Source of the DNA: Guillardia theta CCMP2712
Taxonomy: Eukaryota > Protista > Cryptophyta
Direction of reading: 5' to 3'
Length of the DNA stretch: 35,093 nt
Assembly (NCBI RefSeq): GCF_000315625.1
Contig: NW_005434572.1
Location: 1-35,093 of the forward strand
Shown: positions 31,155-35,093 of the stretch, piece after piece
Position numbering within the stretch: the stretch's first letter is position 1
How the letters are laid out: every line of letters starts with the position of its first letter
The notes under the pieces: model-generated
What the model was told of the DNA's origin: nothing
The model's input: the letters and a program-made list of their open reading frames with translations, nothing else
Databases searched by the model: none
Made by a program: the position numbers and the translations under genes

Positions 31155-33568
31155 GCCAGAAGCTGCGCTTCTTCCTCCAGGGGTCATCTCCGTTTTTCCC
31201 GCGGGTCCAATCACAGATTCGTCGCTTTGACCTCTCTGTCCACCTGGCGCTTGAGAAATACCACCTAAATCCTATATACCGCTGGCCTTCCTCGCAGTAC
31301 CTCGCCGCGCATCCCGACCTGCTAGAGTTTGCGAGGTTCAAGCGGGAGCTTCCGCATAGTCGGGGAGGGGACGAGTTCACGCCCTCTGAGGGTCTACACC
31401 CCGCTGTTTACTATACGGCTATCGGGAGGGGACGAGTTCACGCCCTCTGAGGGTCTACACCCCGCTGTTTACTATACGGCTATCGCTCGCTTCCTCGCTT
31501 GGTACTCTGACCAGCCCATGTCCCGGATGTTGCCCTCTCCTCATAGCCTGGACGTTCACTGCTCGAGATCTCTCCGTGCCCAGAAGCATCCTCTGGCGAC
31601 CTTCTTCGTTGAGGCGCACGACTTCGTTCATAATGCTGGAGCGATCCTCTACCGTCGTGTGAAGGCTCCTGCACCGGCTGCAGATGGCGCGGCGATCCCA
31701 CCTGCCCCGGCTGCTGTGCCTGATGACGCAGGACGCCCCCCGGCATCTGTGGTACACATCCCTGGTTTGCGCGCTCTCGTCGACTCGTCTCATGAGCACT
31801 TCATTCCTCCGCCTGCGCAGCGAAATGTGACCCCTCTTGTCATGCGCGTCTTCCCTCGCCATGTGCATGCTCGCGCTGCGCTGACCGATCAGCAGCGTGA
31901 TATCCTCACCTTGCACAGCCGCAGGACACACTCGCTCAAGTCGCAGGATAGGGTCTTGCAGTCTACCATCTTCGCTCATTTTCCTGAGCGAGACCTGAGC
32001 CACTCTCCGATGCGAGTCTCGAGCTACTACCCCCTCAAGGCCTTCCCGCACCGCTATGCTCAGATGCTCGACTGCTATCTCCATGGCATGCCGATCTGCC
32101 AGTGTCCGACGGAATGTGATGGATGTCAGCGCGAGCTCGATCCCTCCGTTGCTGCACATCATCTCCAGACCTGCAAACGCCGATCCTCCAAGCTTCCAAC
32201 GGCGCATGACAACCTTACTCGTACGATTCGGTCGATGCTGAACGAAGCTGGTCTTCAGAGCGTCATCGATACAGTGGGGGATCCTCGTTCTCGACGGCAG
32301 GTACCCTCCCATCCTCATGGCCGCAAGATGAAGGGCGATATCCACATCCCTGGAATCCGCGATCGAGGGTCCGAGCAGTACGAGGGCTTGATGGCGGACG
32401 TGACGTTGGTCCACCCTTACATTGGTAGCTCTCCAAGTGGGGGGAGGTCAACCTCGACGCCCTCCATGTTGCAGCGTCTGAGAAGATTCGCAAATATCGC
32501 GCTGCATATGCTATGACTACTCCTCCTCGAGCGTTCATCCCTCTTGCCATCTCGACGGACGGTACCCTGCATCCTGACACCCTCCGCTTCATCTGGTATC
32601 TTGCGGACATCATTGCTCAGCGCTCGATGCCTCTTGAGGATGCGGCGTTTGGTCGGCACTTCGTGCCTGATGACGGACCTGCTGCTGAGGTCTTGGCTCG
32701 CAAACGCGCCGCCACCTATCAGCGCCTCACCATGCAGCTGACGCTGGAAGCGCTCTTGTCTGGTGCGAGGCGCATGACGCCCTTGCGGCAACTCCTCGAG
32801 CCAGAGGACAGCTCCTCCTCGGACTTTGTCGAGTCGCCCGAGGAGTCTTCGCCGGAGGTCTCCGACTCCGATGGGGGACACCCTTCGAGTGGCCCCGACG
32901 ATGGGCGCGGAGCTGGCGACTCGGAGGCGTCTCCGTCCCTCACTGTGACGTCGGGTGCCTCCGGAGAGCTCGACACCACTGGGGTGCTTGCTGCTGGTCC
33001 GAGGCTCGCCTGCTTCCTCCCCGGCATCGGTCGGGTCACGCCGGTCCTTGGGCATTGCCGCGGCGTCGCCGCCGTCACGGGCGGCTACCGCTGACTCGGC
33101 TACCGCTGACTCGGAGGCTAGCGAGGAGGACTGCCTCGAGCGGTACCGTGTTCATGTGTCCAGCCTCCCTCCGTCCGCTGCCCCAGGCGGACCCCCGGGC
33201 AACGCCGGCTCCTTGTCGGCGGCTGCCCTTTCTCCGTCCGCGGCCGCCCGCTTTGTGGCGGCAGCGGACGTCTCGACTGACAGTGGTCAGTCGGCTGCCT
33301 CCGGGTATCGCGTGTAAGGGATTTTCTTCCTCCTGCATGCTCCTGCTGCTTGTTGCTTGATTGCTTGACCCTTAGGCTGCTTGTCTGCGCGGCTTCGCGC
33401 TTGGGCTGGCGATGCCGCGTCTGGGTGCCAGCAGTGCTGGTTCTTTTCGGGCTTGTGTTTTGTGTGTGTTTGTGCAGCTTCTCGCTGTGGACTGTGTGCC
33501 TGCCGGTTCAGCTTGTTCCTGCTTTGTTTTGCTTGAGGCACTTTTTACCTTCTGCCAGTAAATCCTAT
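31155..33568 (+). mobile_element. 5'-truncated CRE-like copy 2, starting in the RT thumb region; 61-bp internal tandem duplication; frameshifted
   Basis: QKLRFFLQG...RRFDLSV...RELPHSRGGDEFTPSEGLHPAVYYTA resembles the post-RT 'LP...GGLG....AAY' motif. Near-identical to copy 1 downstream. Duplication at 31363-31484. Confidence 0.85.
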
Positions 33569-33959
33569 GCCAGAAGCTGCGCTTCTTCCTCCAGGGGTCA
33601 TCTCCGTTTTTCCCGCGGGTCCAATCACAGATTCGTCGCTTTGACCTCTCTGTCCACCTGGCGCTTGAGAAATACCACCTAAATCCTGACAGTGGTCAGT
33701 CGGCTGCCTCCGGGTATCGCGTGTAAGGGATTTTCTTCCTCCTGCATGCTCCTGCTGCTTGTTGCTTGATTGCTTGACCCTTAGGCTGCTTGTCTGCGCG
33801 GCTTCGCGCTTGGGCTGGCGATGCCGCGTCTGGGTGCCAGCAGTGCTGGTTCTTTTCGGGCTTGTGTTTTGTGTGTGTTTGTGCAGCTTCTCGCTGTGTG
33901 CTGTGTGCCTGCCGGTTCAGCTTGTTCCTGCTTTGTTTTGCTTGAGGCACTTTTTACCT
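33569..33959 (+). mobile_element. Internally deleted copy 3 (thumb fragment fused to ORF end and 3' UTR), running into the gap
   Basis: 33569-33687 repeats 31155-31273, then jumps to GACAGTGGTCAGTC (ORF end) and the 3' UTR. Confidence 0.85.
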
Positions 33960-34347
33960 NNNNNNNNNNNNNNNNNNNNNNNNNNNNNNNNNNNNNNNNN
34001 NNNNNNNNNNNNNNNNNNNNNNNNNNNNNNNNNNNNNNNNNNNNNNNNNNNNNNNNNNNNNNNNNNNNNNNNNNNNNNNNNNNNNNNNNNNNNNNNNNNN
34101 NNNNNNNNNNNNNNNNNNNNNNNNNNNNNNNNNNNNNNNNNNNNNNNNNNNNNNNNNNNNNNNNNNNNNNNNNNNNNNNNNNNNNNNNNNNNNNNNNNNN
34201 NNNNNNNNNNNNNNNNNNNNNNNNNNNNNNNNNNNNNNNNNNNNNNNNNNNNNNNNNNNNNNNNNNNNNNNNNNNNNNNNNNNNNNNNNNNNNNNNNNNN
34301 NNNNNNNNNNNNNNNNNNNNNNNNNNNNNNNNNNNNNNNNNNNNNNN
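33960..34347. other. Assembly gap (N run)
   Basis: N characters. Confidence 1.
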
Positions 34348-34723
34348 GACACATGAACACGGTACCGCTCGAGGTAGTCCTCTCGCTAGCCTCCGAGTCA
34401 GCGGTAGCCGAGTCAGCATAGGATTTACTGGCAGAAGCGGTAGCCGCCCGTGACGGCGGCGACGCCGCGGCAATGCCCAAGGACCGGCGTGACCCGACCG
34501 ATGCCGGGGAGGAAGCGGCAGGCGAGCTCGGACCAGCAGCAAGCACCCCAGTGGTGTCGAGCTCTCCGGAGGCACCCGACGTCACAGTGAGGGACGGAGA
34601 CGCCTCCGAGTCGCCAGCTCCGCGCCCATCGTCGGGGAAGACTCCTCGGGCGACTCGACAAAGTCCGAGGAGGAGCTGTCCTCTGGCTCGAGGAGTGCTT
34701 GCGCCCGCAAGGGCGTCATGCGC
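34348..34723 (-). mobile_element. Inverted fragment of the retroelement C-terminal tail containing an 18-nt insertion of the element's own 3' end
   Basis: Reverse complement matches about 32769-33158 with deletions; insertion at 34418-34435. Confidence 0.85.
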
Positions 34724-35089
34724 CAGTGGGGATCCTCGTTCTCGACGGCAGGTACCCTCCCATCCTCATGGCCGCAAGATGAAGGGCGATATCCACATCC
34801 CTGGAATCCGCGATCGAGGGTCCGAGCAGTACGAGGGCTTGATGGCGGACGTGACGTTGGTCCACCCTTACATTGGTAGCTCTGCCGACCTGACCAAGTG
34901 GGGGGAGGTCAACCTCGAGCGGCCCTCCATGTTGCAGCGTCTGAGAAGATTCGCAAATATCGCGCTGCATATGCCATGACTACTCCTCCTCGAGCGTTCA
35001 TCCCTCTTGCCATCTCGACGGACGGTACCCTGCATCCTGACACCCTCCGCTTCATCTGGTATCTGGCGGACATCATTGCTCAGCGCTCG
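34724..35089 (+). mobile_element. RLE-domain fragment of the retroelement, lacking the 10-bp deletion seen in copies 1 and 2
   Basis: GDPRSRRQVPSHPHGRKMKGDIHI...ADVTLVHPYIGSSADLTKWGEVNLE. Confidence 0.85.
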
Positions 35090-35093
35090 GTAT

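Noticed and set aside
29141-32414. Antisense ORFs of 292 and 319 aa over the retroelement
   Set aside because: Shadow ORFs of GC-rich coding DNA with no recognisable motifs.
29234-33959. LTR or DIRS retrotransposon suggested by long direct repeats
   Set aside because: The repeats are whole truncated copies; no TG..CA LTRs, integrase or tyrosine recombinase; RLE motifs indicate a non-LTR element.
29234-35093. Autonomous active retroelement in this window
   Set aside because: No RT catalytic (YxDD) region is present, and each copy that includes the nuclease core is frameshifted.

Overview
Eukaryotic nuclear DNA from a draft scaffold with four N-gaps. It is gene-dense and GC-rich, with short GT-AG introns packed with microsatellites; the style suggests a cryptophyte (Guillardia/Hanusia-like), which is inference only. 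The left 23 kb holds eight intron-containing genes, six of them in three head-to-head pairs around GGGGT[A/G]-rich spacers: an uncharacterised protein with an EF-hand/p25-like tail, a PP2C-fold protein lacking several catalytic Asp residues, a membrane-anchored coiled-coil thioredoxin (WCERC), a secreted coiled-coil protein, CCDC93, a KNS3/At4g16180-family protein, an Ankyrin-LRR-Roc-COR (Roco) protein and an Ig/ASH-like protein. The right 11 kb is accessory. A 4.35-kb AT-richer block bounded by 27-bp inverted repeats carries a kinase fragment and a minisatellite. It is followed by a nested, partly tandem and partly inverted array of 5'-truncated CRE-like (restriction-like endonuclease) non-LTR retrotransposon copies. 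These end in a fixed non-poly(A) terminus, TAAATCCTAT, and appear to insert into themselves, including as 14-18 nt micro-insertions. All family calls are from motif recognition by eye; no searches were run.
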